Part shown: one piece after another, positions 41,631-55,500 of the stretch
Numbering within the stretch: the first letter of the stretch is position 1
Layout: every line of letters starts with the position of its first letter
From: Octopus vulgaris
Taxonomy: Eukaryota
DNA: 64,000 nucleotides
Reading direction: 5' to 3'
Assembly: GCA_951406725.2 (NCBI GenBank)
Contig: OX597814.1
Location: 41,850,001 to 41,914,000 of the forward strand
Notes under the pieces: model-generated
Databases searched by the model: none
What the model was told of the DNA's origin: nothing
The model's input: only the letters and a program-made list of their open reading frames with translations
Made by a program: the position numbers and the translations under genes

Positions 41631-42815
41631 ATGACTGTGATGCAGATATTGAATTGAGCTATCTGGAATTCTAAATCTCTTATATTTGTATTTAGATAAC
41701 CTACAGCATATTGCAACATCATGTTCTAATTTAAACAATGCCTGGGAATATGAATTATAAATATTTCACGAAGTGACTTTTTAATGCACAATCTAACAAA
41801 TAACATGAATAGCGGATTGCTTCGTGCATTATGAATTAAAATATTGTGTAGATTATTCATAAAAAAAGCAACTTAAATTTAAAATGATATATTGCATATC
41901 TACAAATCGTACGTGTTTTTGTCTTACGTGTGTATATTAAACACAAGTAACATTTTCGTAATCGTGTAGTAAAATTTACATATTTCAATAGAAAACACAC
42001 ACACATAGACGTAATCTTAAAATTACAGTGTATACAAAATGGGATGTTAACATGAAGTAAATTTTTTACTATTAAATCTATTCTGAATAAGAGTAGACGA
42101 TTTACAACAAACTCTTTCAAAACATTTCAGTTTTAACTTGCTTACTTAGGTCAATTCCAAATATTCTTCAAACCAAAACAATTATAGATTATTTTGAGTT
42201 CTTGATTTATACCTAATTTATACATTTCTAAGCGTTTCGTTTATTAAACGGAACGCTTAGAAATGTATATATCAAAATTTTGTTTCAGAATCTAACCGAA
42301 TTCAGCATTTCTAGTTCAATTGGTATCCCTATCGCAGTTTTCTCCAATTACAGCTCAGTCTAATGATTTTGAATACATATATAGTTGTTTATATTGCTAA
42401 AGTTTCTACATTCCAAGGCTTAAAGTAGAAAAAAAAATATTGTCATGGAATTGACGAAGATGATGTTTATTGGTTTAAAAATATCTGATTGCATTTTCCC
42501 GTAGGAGATACAGACACTTCTTTCTCGGCTAATTCCAATACGATAAAAAAACAGCAATAAACATCGTCTCAGTTTATGAGCTGATTTCAATATGCTAAAC
42601 AATATGCTACGTTTAAAGTCATCCCCATCCCCATTGTTTGAGAAAATGATAAAATAGAACGCACCAATGTATAATGTTTAACAGGATATAACTTATTTTT
42701 TAAGACTTTATAACTTTTGACTAATGGAGATGAAGTTGCACTTGGAATCCATAAGGTTTTGGCATATGTCTGATGGTGTCTCGTTCGTTTACCAGAAAAT
42801 TACCGTTCCAAATCC

Positions 42816-43038
42816 ATTTACTCTTTTACTCTTTTACTCTTTAACTTGTTTCAGTCATTTGACTGCGGCCATGCTGGAGCACCGCCTTTAATCGAGCAAC
42901 TCGACCCCGGGACTTATTCTTTTGTAAGCCCAGTACTTATTCAATCGGTCTCTTTTGCCGAACCGCTAAGTAACGGGGACATAAACACACCAGCATCGGT
43001 TGTCAAGCAATGCTAGGAGGACAAAAACAGACACACAA

Positions 43039-43077
<39 letters not shown>

Positions 43078-43239
43078 ACAGGCTTCTTTTAGTTTCCGTC
43101 TACCAAATCCACTCACAAAGCTTTGGTCGGCCCGAGGCTATAGTAGAAGGCTCTTGCCCAAGGTGCCACGCAGTGGGACTGAACCCGGAACCATGTGGTT
43201 GGCAAACAAGCCCCTTACCACACAGCCACTCCTGCGCCT
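42816..43239 (-). mobile_element. full-length SINE family B
   Basis: Minus-strand head AGGCGCAGGAGTGGCTGTGTGG (A box) ... GGTTCAGTCCC (B box), with a (AAAAGAGT)n-like tail. Confidence 0.9.
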
Positions 43240-43244
43240 ATTTT

Positions 43245-43460
43245 AACTCATGGGATACATGCGGAAAAGTTATTCTCCAGATGATAAGAGTGTGGGTCGG
43301 TGTTATTGTAATGGTGTAGTTAGTGAGAGCGGAGACGTGCATGTTCACAGAAATGTTGAGAAAGGCCACGGAAGTTTTGGAAATGGTGCAGGAGTATTCG
43401 AGGGTTGGACGGAATGATTTGACAAAAGAGAGAAAGGAGTCTATAAATATACATATTATA
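43245..43460 (-). pseudogene. Penelope-like element RT C-terminal fragment
   Basis: FLSFVKSFRPTLEYSCTISKTSVAFLNISV...LTNY...PT resembles PLE F...N.FHP.L.FT...S...V.FLDI.V...L.T..Y.KPT. Confidence 0.7.
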
Positions 43461-43895
43461 TACTTCAATTGAATCGATGACAATTCCTTCGATGTTTTGC
43501 ACTAGAAATTTAAGCAATTAGAACTAATTCAGAAACAAAATATCTGCGATATGCCACGGGAGATATATCCGAAGACAAGAAATACATACATACGTACAAA
43601 TATATATACATGCACACATACTCAATCCCATATACGCACCCCGAAAGATATGCATGGTGCATGTAGCAGAGGGTGAGCGTGTTTACAACGAGCATGAATA
43701 ACTTGTCAAGGAGAACTCAGTGTGTGTAGTGAGATATCCTTTTTGAAACGTAGTACCTGAAGTCACAAAGCCAGCACTGATTGATGCAACACAACTAGAT
43801 ATACGATATCCTACGTCGTACTGAATAAAGATTTATACTAAATCTATATTCCGTTTCCATCATCAGTCATATGCACGTGTGAGTGTGAGTGTGTA

Positions 43896-43938
<43 letters not shown>

Positions 43939-45604
43939 TTATCTCTCTCTCTATATATATATATCCCTCTCTCTATTTATCCCTCTCTCTCTCCCTCTCT
44001 CTGTTTAAATATATATATATATATATATATATAAATATATACATACATACATATATACATACATACAACTTAAATATCTTCTGTCCATCATAAGGTTTAA
44101 AACATATACAAAACCTGAATTGTAAGCCAAAACATAGTAACTAAATGTGCACCCTTTCTATTAGAGTAGAACGCAATACAGTTGAAGTTTACAGTCGAAC
44201 GACCCGTGGAGATTCGATGACTTTTCAGAAAATCCCCAGAAATAAAGGAGGGCTGTGTATTGATGTCTGAAAAGAAATAAAGAAATTTAACTTGTTTATT
44301 CCTGAAGTAACTGATGGACGCACAACAGAGAAAATAACACAAATAAGTAGGGTGTGGTATAAATCAGAGATTGTAAAGGTGGAGGAGGAAAGTTTTGTAA
44401 TCGGACATGATTGAAAAAGGGGAAAAAAGAAGGGAGAGAGGAAGGCAAAGTGACAATGTACGGATTAAGAGAAAACAGTAAGAAAAAACAGGAAGTTTAA
44501 AACATACAAACCTGCATACAATACATACACCCCCACATACCCCACACCCACACACATATATATTTGTGTGTATGAGTTTGTGTGTGTGTGTGTATTTGTG
44601 TGTGTGTAATTACAAACATTTTCTGTATTATCCAACTAGTCGAAATGTATTTAAATTATATAACCGATTTAGCAATACACTCTCTGTTTTTGAAGACTTG
44701 AACATTTGTGTGATGTGCGATGGATTACACAATAATCAAAATTATATTTACGATAGGAAGTTGAGTATAATTTCTCTCCACAGCATTTACCGTCTTCACA
44801 AAGGAAATTCAAAAATGCTATACTACGCTGCGATAAATGTCGTCTCAGCTTTTGATTACGTATAAAAAGGAAGCCTGTCTCGTGTCATATCAAAATAGAT
44901 TTTTTTTTTCCGAGCATACCTATTTTTTGAAGAAGCCTTATATCATATGTCTTATCGAAATGTATTTAAGTTACTGCCAGGCTGTGTATTCTACCTGACA
45001 ACAGTGTTGCCAGTGAAGATTGTACTAGTAACCACAGTTGCTGTATGCACTTATGCGGGATTTACACTAGATGTGACAAGTATTTGTACTCTGAATAAAA
45101 AATCAGGACATTCCTCGATCTTACTTTAAGGTCTAAAAGATAAACGGAAGGAAAAACAAAAGCAATTTAAAATAAATATGATTAAGTTTAATCTTCAGAG
45201 CCAATTACTGCATAATTTGTATAATATCTTAGGGATAAGGAAGCAGTAGTTATAAAATGTTCAGAGAGATCAAAATATAATAGTGATTTGGAAAAACTGA
45301 AAACATAATTTATATGATTTATTCTGATAGGAAGAGCGTGATATTTTCTAAAACTTCCCAACAATACTGCGCTTCAATTGAAGGAAGGCTTACGCCTACA
45401 ACTCAAGAACAAACACTGGAAATCCAATAGAGTCCTCTTAGTTTTCGCATTTCCATTTAATTCATATCGGCACAAGGCTGATGGTATAACTCGACATAAA
45501 GCTAAGTTCAGTGAAATTCTGACTGTAAGTACGTGATAGTGAATCAGACTTCGGGAAGTAAGTGTGGATACAATCATCGAGTTTAAGAAGCTACTAACAC
45601 TGTC

Positions 45605-45889
45605 GACACACACCAGCATCGGTTGTCAAGCAATGCTAGGGGGACAAACACAGACACACAAACACCCCCCACACATATATATATATATGTATATACGACG
45701 GGCTTCTTTCAGTTTCCGTCTACCAAATCCACTCACAAGGCTTTGGTCGGCCCGAGGCTATAGTAGAAGGCACTTGCCCAAGATGCCACGCAGTGGGACT
45801 GAACCCGGAACCATGTGGTTGTTTAGCAAGCTACTTACCACACAGCTACTCCTGCGCCTATACTTACCACACAGCCACTCCTTCGCCTA
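45605..45889 (-). mobile_element. SINE family B, 3'-truncated, with duplicated head
   Basis: Near-identical to 42985-43239; ACTTACCACACAGCCACTCCTTCGCCT is repeated at 45862-45888. Confidence 0.88.
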
Positions 45890-45980
45890 TGAATAAGAGA
45901 TAAACGCTTAACTACATCTTGAATGGAAGCATATACGCTAACAAGGACAATAATAGACTGAAATATGCCGATCAAGAATT

Positions 45981-46032
45981 CTCCATACTGACGCGTCAGT
46001 TTCGGCAACTTCTGTTGCGTCATCAGTTAAAA
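45981..46032 (-). ncRNA. degenerate type I hammerhead motif
   Basis: Minus strand: CTGATGA-C-GCAAC-AGAA-GTTGC-C-GAAAC-TGACGCGTCA-GTA. Palindromic stem III ACTGACGCGTCAGT; the 10.1-11.1 pair is broken (C:C) and stem I is weak. Confidence 0.55.
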
Positions 46033-47028
46033 CAGTTTGGCCATTCTGTTCTTCCCGGGCTCACTTCACCCTTAACATTTGATTTCGTCAGCCAAATAAT
46101 TCAATGATTTAGTGATTCGTTAATGTGTATATAAAGAATTATTATAAACAACTGTTTGCAATGTTTGAGCAAAATGGAGAACTATAAATATCTCTAAATA
46201 TGATTAGACACTTTTTAGGCGATTATCTCCTCTGTTAGTCTACATCAGAGAATCTCAAACTTTTGGGGACACAAACATTTTGGGCAACCGCTACACTCAT
46301 GGACAAATATTACCAACAACGACACCACCCCTACTTTTTTAAAAAAACTAATATTTTATGTTATAATAATTTATATATTCTATGAAACATTTGATATTTA
46401 ATATATTATATTATATTCTACAAATTATTTGTATACAATACTATAATAATATTATAAATTCATAGCGTCCCGAAATCCACTGCCTTTCTCCCAATACCTT
46501 TCTCTGCCCCCCCCCCCCCTCAGCACACCACTCCTTTATACACCAACGCCCACCTGGACGCTCTCAACGCCCACTTTTAGAACCTATGGCCTATATGTTT
46601 TCATTCTTGAGCGTTAACTACCCATTAGACCATTTAGCTGTTATTTCTAGCAACGTAGGCATTTCCTAAAACCCTAGTCATGTTTGGTGATATATATATA
46701 TAACATAGAAGACTGGTAGATGCAATATAATGCCAAAAAGAAAAAATTCAATTTCAGTTGTCACTAATAGTGGCTAAGGGTGTGAAGTTACACCTAGAAT
46801 TTTAGAAACAAGTGTCGAACATACTTATAGCTGCAAAAAAGTGATTTTATATGCACTGTCGGGGGAGATAACCACCCCACAGCGAGCGAGTTCTGTATAC
46901 TGGCTAGTTTCCATTAGTTCATCAGCAGTGACTATTCCATCTTTGATGGAAGGCTAAATAGCAGATGTCAGTATATAATATATACTATTTGAATCAATGG
47001 CTGATTCAGAAAAATGTTAATATGATAG

Positions 47029-47097
<69 letters not shown>

Positions 47098-47115
47098 CAT
47101 TTATGTATGTATATA

Positions 47116-47174
<59 letters not shown>

Positions 47175-48329
47175 GTATGTTTGTGTCTGTGATTGTTTCC
47201 CTACTTCCGTGTATATGTGTATTGCTTTATTTTTCTGAGATGGGAACCGATTAATTAAGCCAATGTTAAAGCTCTATAAATCATTACGGTAACGACTCTA
47301 TTTGAAATGAAGTGTGGTCAGCTGCATTATATAGTATGTTTTCACCATTCATTAAGATATAACAAGCGAGTGTATGTAGGAAATTATATTGCACGCTCTC
47401 GAACTGCTCACCTGTATATTGGTTTATATGTACGAATGATACAGGAACACCTATTACATATTCACGTTAAGTAATGTCAGCATTATTCACATTACCAAAA
47501 TAGGCCAATATCTATTTATATGAGTGTTAGCGATAAAATATATGGAAATACGCTTGTATATATCTGCCATTCACATGGATAACTCATTTTAATTGGTACA
47601 TGCCTGTGCATCTAGTAATATTTGAACGTGCACAAGTATATATTTGGTATAATGGATGATAAATATCAGTTCAGTTGTCGCAGTGAGTGTTCCTGATTTC
47701 AGCAATATATATCTGACTGCTCTTAGCATTTGAAAAACAGACGTGCGCACGCTCGCAAACACGCTCGTACGCACGCCCACACACATCCACACAAACACTC
47801 ACACACACACACAAGCATACGTCCATGTTTATGGAGCAAAAGTAAATTTCCTTTTGCTTTCCCAATTACTACGAATGTTAATGGATAATTGAAGTAACTA
47901 CAACTACGCATATGTATGTATGAACGTACGAACGTATCTATGTATATATGCATGTATGTATGTGTACATATGTGTATATATATATATGTGTGTATGGGTT
48001 TGTATACATATACATTTCCTTATAAATTTCATAATCATTTATACAGTGTCCAATTGAGAAATCAGTAATGATAGTAAAGTCTGCCTAAGTCAAAACTGTT
48101 ATGAGGTCAACAGCGGCGGCCGGGGCAAATAGTCACGGAATTTTTATATATCACGCAACCTAGGTATTAATAAATATTACATGTATTCATAATGTATATT
48201 CGCAGTCCATCGTTGAAGCCTGTAATATTCATATGCTCATCAAGACATACATTTCTGATCTCTGTTTTTCATTATTGGTATTTAGTAATATCACTTAGAT
48301 ATTAATATTATTCGTCTTTCAGTTTTGAA

Positions 48330-49330
48330 ACTTCTACCATCTATTTTATCTTCCCCAAACATTATTTTCTTCCGCGTGCAACTGTAAGAAATGCGAATCC
48401 TTTCCAAATGTTTTCTATTCTGTGAGATGTGACTTGTCCACTTAAGTTTGTTTTATATTGATATATACCTTAATTAGTCTTTATCGTTTATCTGCATCGC
48501 ACCCCACCTCTTCCTACTGCATGGATTTGCTTTTATGTGGTATAACCTACTGTTAAGCTTTGAGCGTTCAGTTCTGTCGCCATGGTCGGCAATTGGTTTG
48601 TGGTTTCAGCGATGAGTACAATGTCATCTGCAAATAGAAGTGTTAGTTGTTCACTATTGATTTTCGCGCTCCCTATTTACTGGATGTCCACCTTGACAAA
48701 TTGTAGACATGCCGTTAATTTCGTTGGAGAGATGATATCTCCTTGCTTGAAACCCTTCTCAATTGGGTTCCTCACTGGTGGTGATAGCAGAACTATATTG
48801 TTGTGCATCTAAACAACGCATCCCTGAGTAATTAGATGTATTGCTCCTTGACATTTCGTATTTCCAAATATTTCAATATTGCGTTCATCTCAACGGTATC
48901 GATTCCTTTAACATAATTAATGAAAGTGGTATGCAGAGGAAGCTTGATTTTGTTTGCGAGTTCTACGAGATTTGTTAAAGTGGACATGTGATCTATCTTA
49001 CGGTGTTTGTCATGGAATCCAGCTTCCTCTCTCGGCGGTTGCTCGTCGAAGCGTGTTGATAGACTAGTAGATGTAATATTTGAAACCACTTATAGAGTTC
49101 AGACAAGAGGCATATGGGTCGATAGCGTTTTACATATTCTTTATCATCCTCCATATGAAGCAAAATGGTATTAGACTCTTTCTACCATAGGGACATTTTA
49201 CTCTCCTTCAGACGGTGATTGAATCGTAGAAACAGGGTTTCCAAAAGCTATTCACTTTCATATCTTATCATCTCTTTTTTGATGCCTGTACTCCCTTGAG
49301 CATTTTTCTCTTTTCGTCAGTTTGATAAAA
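48330..49330 (-). pseudogene. RTE-clade LINE reverse transcriptase fragment
   Basis: RFDEQPPREEAGF...IDHMSTL...LPLHTTFINYVKGIDTVE; GFKQGDIISP; LLFADDIVLIAE. Confidence 0.88.
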
Positions 49331-49421
49331 AGTTGATTTTTCCAAACAAGAAGAGGTAGTAGTTCTTCCAACTCGTACAAGTAGAGTGGAAGAATTCTAC
49401 CAAAAACTAGAAAGCGCGCTA

Positions 49422-49488
<67 letters not shown>

Positions 49489-49663
49489 ATAAATATTAGG
49501 GAATAAATCCAAATTTACAGGGAAAAAATCAGATTTAGGATTAAATCCAATTTTATAGTAAAATATTATAAAATATTATTAGAGACAAAACCACTATTTT
49601 GCAAAACAAACAAGGAAAGACTTAATCAATACATAAAATTTTAATAAATAGTCAAAAAAACCG

Positions 49664-49706
49664 CCACTACAATTGTTTCTTGTCTTGATCGACAATCTTC
49701 AGGTGG
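49664..49706 (-). ncRNA. minimal type I hammerhead ribozyme (minus-strand copy)
   Basis: Exact reverse complement of 49748-49790. Confidence 0.85.
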
Positions 49707-49747
49707 ACTTCCAATAAGTCATAATTTGAAACTGACTTATTGGAAGT

Positions 49748-49790
49748 CCACCTGAAGATTGTCGATCAAGACAAGAAACAATTGTAGTGG
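49748..49790 (+). ncRNA. minimal type I hammerhead ribozyme
   Basis: CCAC-CTGAAGA-TTGTC-GATCAA-GACAA-GAAAC-AATT-GTA-GTGG: intact CUGANGA/GAAA core, stems I and II, palindromic stem III ACAATTGT, GUA cleavage site at 49786. Confidence 0.85.
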
Positions 49791-49875
49791 CGGTTTTTTT
49801 GACTATTTATTAAAATTTTATGTATTGATTGTCTTTCCTTGTTTGTTTTGCAAAATAGTGGTTTTGTCTCTAATA

Positions 49876-49939
<64 letters not shown>

Positions 49940-49982
49940 TAGGTCGATAAATAAATAGGTAGATAGCTAGCTAGCTAGATAG

Positions 49983-50146
<164 letters not shown>

Positions 50147-50816
50147 ATTAATGTAGACTGCAGATTTCAATGTTTCATCAAAAAGGAAAGACTATAGTTT
50201 TGCAAATATGACTAGGATATTAGAAACATCTATGTTCCTAGAAATAAGAGCTAAAATGCTCTAATAAAACGCATAGTTGTTTACATATATACTAACAGGG
50301 ATTGTAATCGTCCGAAAACACCGTTCGAGAATTCTTTATACTGACAGCCAGTTTCGGCAATTTCGGAAATTTCTGTGCCTCATCAGTCAGGACTGGCTAG
50401 ACGTCGGCAGTCTCCTTACATACTTCTTTGTGAGTATATATGTTTTCATCATATAAATCTATGGATTATTTCTCGAATCGCTAATGTCTATACAGAAAAT
50501 TAATGTAGACAGCAGTTTGTAATGATTCACCATAAGGGAATGCAATAATCGTAACTTAACGTGACTAGAGTGTTAGAAAGAGCTATACCGCTAGAAACAA
50601 GAGCTAAAATACTCTAATGCTGTAGTGAAAACTCATAATTGCATACATATGTACTGACGGGTATTGTAATCGTTCGAAAACACCGTGGGAAATTTCTCGG
50701 ACGATTATAGTCCCTGACAGTATATCAGTATACCATTAGGAGCTTTGACTACATATTAGCGCATTTTAGCTCTTATTTGTAGCAATGTAGATGCTTCTAA
50801 CATACTACTCACATTT
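50147..50816. repeat. diverged direct duplication plus inverted partial copy
   Basis: TTAATGTAGAC...CTAGAAATAAGAGCTAAAAT...TTGTAATCGT.CGAAAACACCGT at ~50147-50335 and ~50499-50698; inverted partial copy at ~50755-50816. Confidence 0.8.
50340..50390 (-). ncRNA. hammerhead-like motif with degenerate stem I
   Basis: Minus strand: CTGATGA-GGCA...TGCC-GAAAC-TGGCT-GTC. Canonical core and GUC triplet, but stem I does not pair in register. Confidence 0.5.
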
Positions 50817-51062
50817 AGTGACGATCGTATATATGTATATATTCAGTGTTACATATATGTTTATTGGAGTTCGTGCTTGCGGGCGTGTGTTGTTTGCATA
50901 TTCTCAACCAGTTGAATGAGACAATTCGTGAAACTTAAACGGAAGGAAACATAATTTTATATATTTGACTTCATTCGAGTACGGTGTCATCTCATTATTA
51001 CATGTTCTATTGACAATCTAAAACATGTGTGTGTAAACACACACATATATATATATACATAT

Positions 51063-51107
<45 letters not shown>

Positions 51108-51126
51108 TAGATTATTATTATTATTA

Positions 51127-51189
<63 letters not shown>

Positions 51190-51242
51190 AACGTAACGGA
51201 ATGACTCAAGGGCCCAGAATTTCAGGCATTACAAATACACAC

Positions 51243-51294
<52 letters not shown>

Positions 51295-51535
51295 GGAGGG
51301 AAGAGAAAGAGAAGAGAGAGGGAGAGAAGAGAGAGAGAGTGAGTGTGCGTGCAAAAGTCTCGGCCCTTGAGTTACTCTGTGCTTTCTGCCGTATATTGAT
51401 AAAAATATGAGTACACATACACAAATCTATTATATATATATAAATATATATATAAATGTGTGTGTGTAACAGTTTCTGTCTGCCTCTCTCGCCCTTTCTG
51501 TCTTCTTTGTCTGACTCCCTCTCTCTCTTTCCCCC

Positions 51536-51593
<58 letters not shown>

Positions 51594-53065
51594 ATATATA
51601 TTCACCGTTGTAAATGTCGTATTGATCTTCCGACCAACGAGCATGTTTCTAAAACAATTGAAAGGAAACGAACAGGCAAATACCAGAAGCCAGAATACGA
51701 ATCCAAAGATCCGTCGGCAAGAAAATCAATATACTATATGACTTCAGTTTATTGGTTTAAAATATCAAGTGAAATTTTGCCTCAGATGAACTAGTAGCAT
51801 ACTGCGTCTCCAAATGTGTGACACAAAGATGCTACTACTGAGAAAAATGTAAATGTATGATTTGGTAATCTTGTGTAGTCTTGTATGTAATGTAACTTTT
51901 TTTGCAATGATGACAATTTAAAGAGACAAAATGAATAATAAATAACATATTGTAAAGTAGTGGAGGCTGGAATAATGTTTTCTAGAAGTCCGAAATATAA
52001 AATAGACATATACTTATGAGACATAAAAAAAATATCGATGCAGATATTCATATATGCAACAGAAAATACATAATATTTGATAGGTTGCCTCAACAATAGC
52101 AAAGCATTTTATTGTTCTTTTATTTATTACGAATATAGGTGGCTTCCCAACAATTTCTGTGTGCATGTATAGGCAGATGCCGGTGTGTGTATGTATTCGT
52201 GTGCGCGTGTGGATGTGTGTGTATACGTGTGCTCGTATTTATCAGAATATGTGCATTTGCCTGTTTTAATGCATATGTACTGACATTGTTCGAGGAAAAA
52301 GGATAAACATGCTGATTAATAAAAGGCATGCAGTCAAATTTCTGTTGTATGCTTTCAATTAAGTTAAAGCTTGGCATAGTTTATTTTCTTTCTTGCACTT
52401 GACATGGTAGCGCATGAAGTTAACTGTTACTGTCACTTAGATGACAAGGTGCAACAAACCTTCGTAGCTTTAAGACTTAAAGCCTAATGCATATATCACA
52501 CATACAGGACGGTGTAAATGTACGTGCATACAGACATACATAAATACATACGCACATACATAATTCCATACACATATTTTATGCATATACATATCGTTAC
52601 ACACATATATATATATATACATATGAATACAAACTTTCATGATATGCACGAGTTTTATTGGTACATACACCGTGTGTATATGTATACATACATACATACA
52701 TACATACATACATAAATATATGTATGTATATAAAAGTAAAGGAGAAGTAGAAGGAGAGGAGAGATGCATTTCTGTATTTCACCGTATTGTGGTGTCACGA
52801 AAATATTAGAACTATGCACATCTCAGGATGTCATGCATATATTCCATAAATATTATCAAAGTACGTTGAAAAGCGCGTACACAGTGTGCCCATGCAAAAT
52901 TATGCGATAATGCTTGCTATAGCAATTTTTCTTTTGAAAAATATTAACACAAACGTATTAAAGTAATCCATCGACTATTTCAAAACGTCTCCTGTGATAA
53001 GTGAAAATCTGCGTAGCAGAAACAGTAATTTACCGTTATTATACACACACACACACATACACACA

Positions 53066-53126
<61 letters not shown>

Positions 53127-53324
53127 GCGCACATATATATATATTTTCCTTTTTATAATTTGTATATATTTATTTTATAATGAATGAAGCAAATCACCAG
53201 AGAGGAATCGATGTAAACTTAAATAAAACGTGGATAGGTGAACCGCGATATGGCGAGGGATTACTGCACACAATGCATGAATTGTGCACACGCACATACA
53301 CTGTATATATATGTATATGGTTAC

Positions 53325-53625
53325 AGACCGCCTTCTATCATGAATGACGTGGGATTGCACCTAGAAATCTCCCTACCAAGGCACGAGTCCGGGCAAGGTC
53401 GTTTATGGAAGACCAGCTGTCATCCATGCATACCAGCTCCCCAAATCCATCCATGCCGCTAATATTGTCCAAATGAAAGGCTGATAAACTCATTTCGACT
53501 GATTAGTGAAATAGAGCAACTTGGAACGAAGTATCTTACTGAAGACCACAACACAAAGCGCGGTCCACGAATCATTACCTCATTACTGAGAGCTAAACTC
53601 TCTAATCACTCAGCCATGCACCGCC
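53325..53625 (-). mobile_element. SINE family C, diverged
   Basis: GGGATTGCACCTAGAAA and CGGGCAAGGTCGTTTA match the reverse complement of 3840-3900; head TGCATGGCTGAGTG on the minus strand. Confidence 0.7.
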
Positions 53626-53634
53626 ACACACGCA

Positions 53635-53715
<81 letters not shown>

Positions 53716-54590
53716 CTGTATGAGTTAGAGGTTGAGAAACTAACTAAGGGGTGGTACCAATCCAATATACTGCTGGTAGTTGTGTACCCAATTATTCATT
53801 TCCAAGTGATAGTTATTGAATGGCAATCTCGCAGTTGGGTATTATATATGGGCAGGGGTAACATGTGGTTTACCCTTGATTTATGCGGAAGATAAGAAAA
53901 CGTAGAGGATATAAAATCGACAGACATCAGCCAGTAAACATTCCACTATTTCTTTTTATTCAAATGTATTGGATGAATGCACATGCATCTTCTAATGTCA
54001 AAAGACAGCCACATAAACAAATTGTAGTAACACAAACATTCAGATAAGCAAGATTGTTAGTTTGTATAGCGCATAAATTTACTACCCGAAATAGAAGAAG
54101 GAAAAGCAATATACCAAAACACAAATTCAACACAGGTATAAATTTTGCATGTCAGCATCTACACAAAATATACATGTCTACACGCAGATTTATGAGAATA
54201 TAAGCTCATGTAATCAATATTTCTTCACTTCATAAACTCCATGATGTTTAAAACTCCATGTTTCCTTTCCCACTACCTTCTCGCTGAAAACATGGACTTC
54301 TCATATATGCACAAAAATTAGCTTTGAATATTTTTCATCTTTCTTTCCCTCCCCTTCTGTTACACTGCCCCACTCTATCTCATATACGAAGCAAATCAAG
54401 TCCGAACTGCCAAACAACTGAATATTCTGTTCATTCAGTACTAACCTAATACAATATTTCTGTGTTATTCTCTACTCGTGTGGTTATATATTTCGTGTTA
54501 TTGGATGTATTTGTTGTTTCGCCTTTCAGTATACCTGTTAATGTGCGTCAGTATCTCTACGTTAGTATCCATAAATGCAGATATATGCCC

Positions 54591-54645
<55 letters not shown>

Positions 54646-54684
54646 ACACACACATATATATAATTATGTTTATAGTTATAGAAG

Positions 54685-54729
<45 letters not shown>

Positions 54730-54731
<2 letters not shown>

Positions 54732-55040
54732 AGTATTCGGCACACAATCATAAGGTGATGAGTTCGCTTCCTGGCGGTGTATTGTGGCCTTGAGCAAGAC
54801 ACTTTTCTTCACGTTGATCCACTCCACTCATCTGACAAAAAATGCGTTAGAGCTGTAATTGAAAGTACAAGCCTTCTATTATTATAATTCCACAGGCTGA
54901 ATCTGAATGGGGAGTACGCTATGGATGCGCATGTCTATGTAGCACACAGCTTCTTGCCAGTTAATTTCCCACGTAAGCTGTCACCGATCATTTCATCAGC
55001 TGATACACACACTATCATTACCACCAGCGTGTCTGTTAGG
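54730..55040 (+). mobile_element. SINE related to family C, diverged
   Basis: GAGTTCGCTTCC B-box-like motif, then TGTGGCCTTGAGCAAGACACTTTTCTTCACGTTG. Confidence 0.6.
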
Positions 55041-55234
55041 TTCAAATTATATTTGTATACGTATATACTATTAATGAATATTTCAGTATGGACATATATG
55101 TACACATTTATGTGGAAAATAATAAATCTCTAAATGAACATTTAAGAACTATTCACATGTACCTATACATATATGTATGTGTGTGTGTGTGAAATAGGGA
55201 GAGAGAGAGTTTATAGGTATATAACATCTGGGCT

Positions 55235-55422
55235 GATACGGTGGTAGCCCTCAGTTATGTTCCAGGTTCCTGCTGACCCTAAAATAAAAGGAAATAAATT
55301 TTGAGGATGTACCAGTCTCCCTATCATAATTGTAACGATAGAGAATATGGAGATTGGCACATCCTCAAACTTTATTTCACACTATGTTAGGGTTAGCCGC
55401 AATCTGGAACTACCACCGTATC
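55235..55422. mobile_element. foldback MITE
   Basis: TIR GATACGGTGGTAG/CTACCACCGTATC; nested CCCTAA/TTAGGG and TTTGAGGATGTACCAGTCTCC/GGAGATTGGCACATCCTCAAA inverted pairs. Confidence 0.75.
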
Positions 55423-55500
55423 TACAGAGATAATAAATATGTGTGTGCATGTGTGCCTGTGTGTGTTTGTGTGTATGTGTGTGTAAGTGAGTTCATATGC

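Larger units (their letters stand above)
49567..49885. repeat. near-perfect long inverted repeat (PLE inverted pseudo-LTR-like)
   Basis: Arms 49567-49721 and 49733-49885 are reverse complements except for a 2-nt indel; 11-nt loop; embedded between (TA)n tracts. Confidence 0.95.

Noticed and set aside
43845-43870. Minus-strand CTGATGA-TG-GAAAC
   Set aside because: No stem II, stem III or stem I pairing.
46893-46929. Minus-strand CTGATGA-ACTAATG-GAAAC-TAGCCA-GTA
   Set aside because: Core boxes are present, but stem II does not pair and stem I is out of register; at best a decayed hammerhead.
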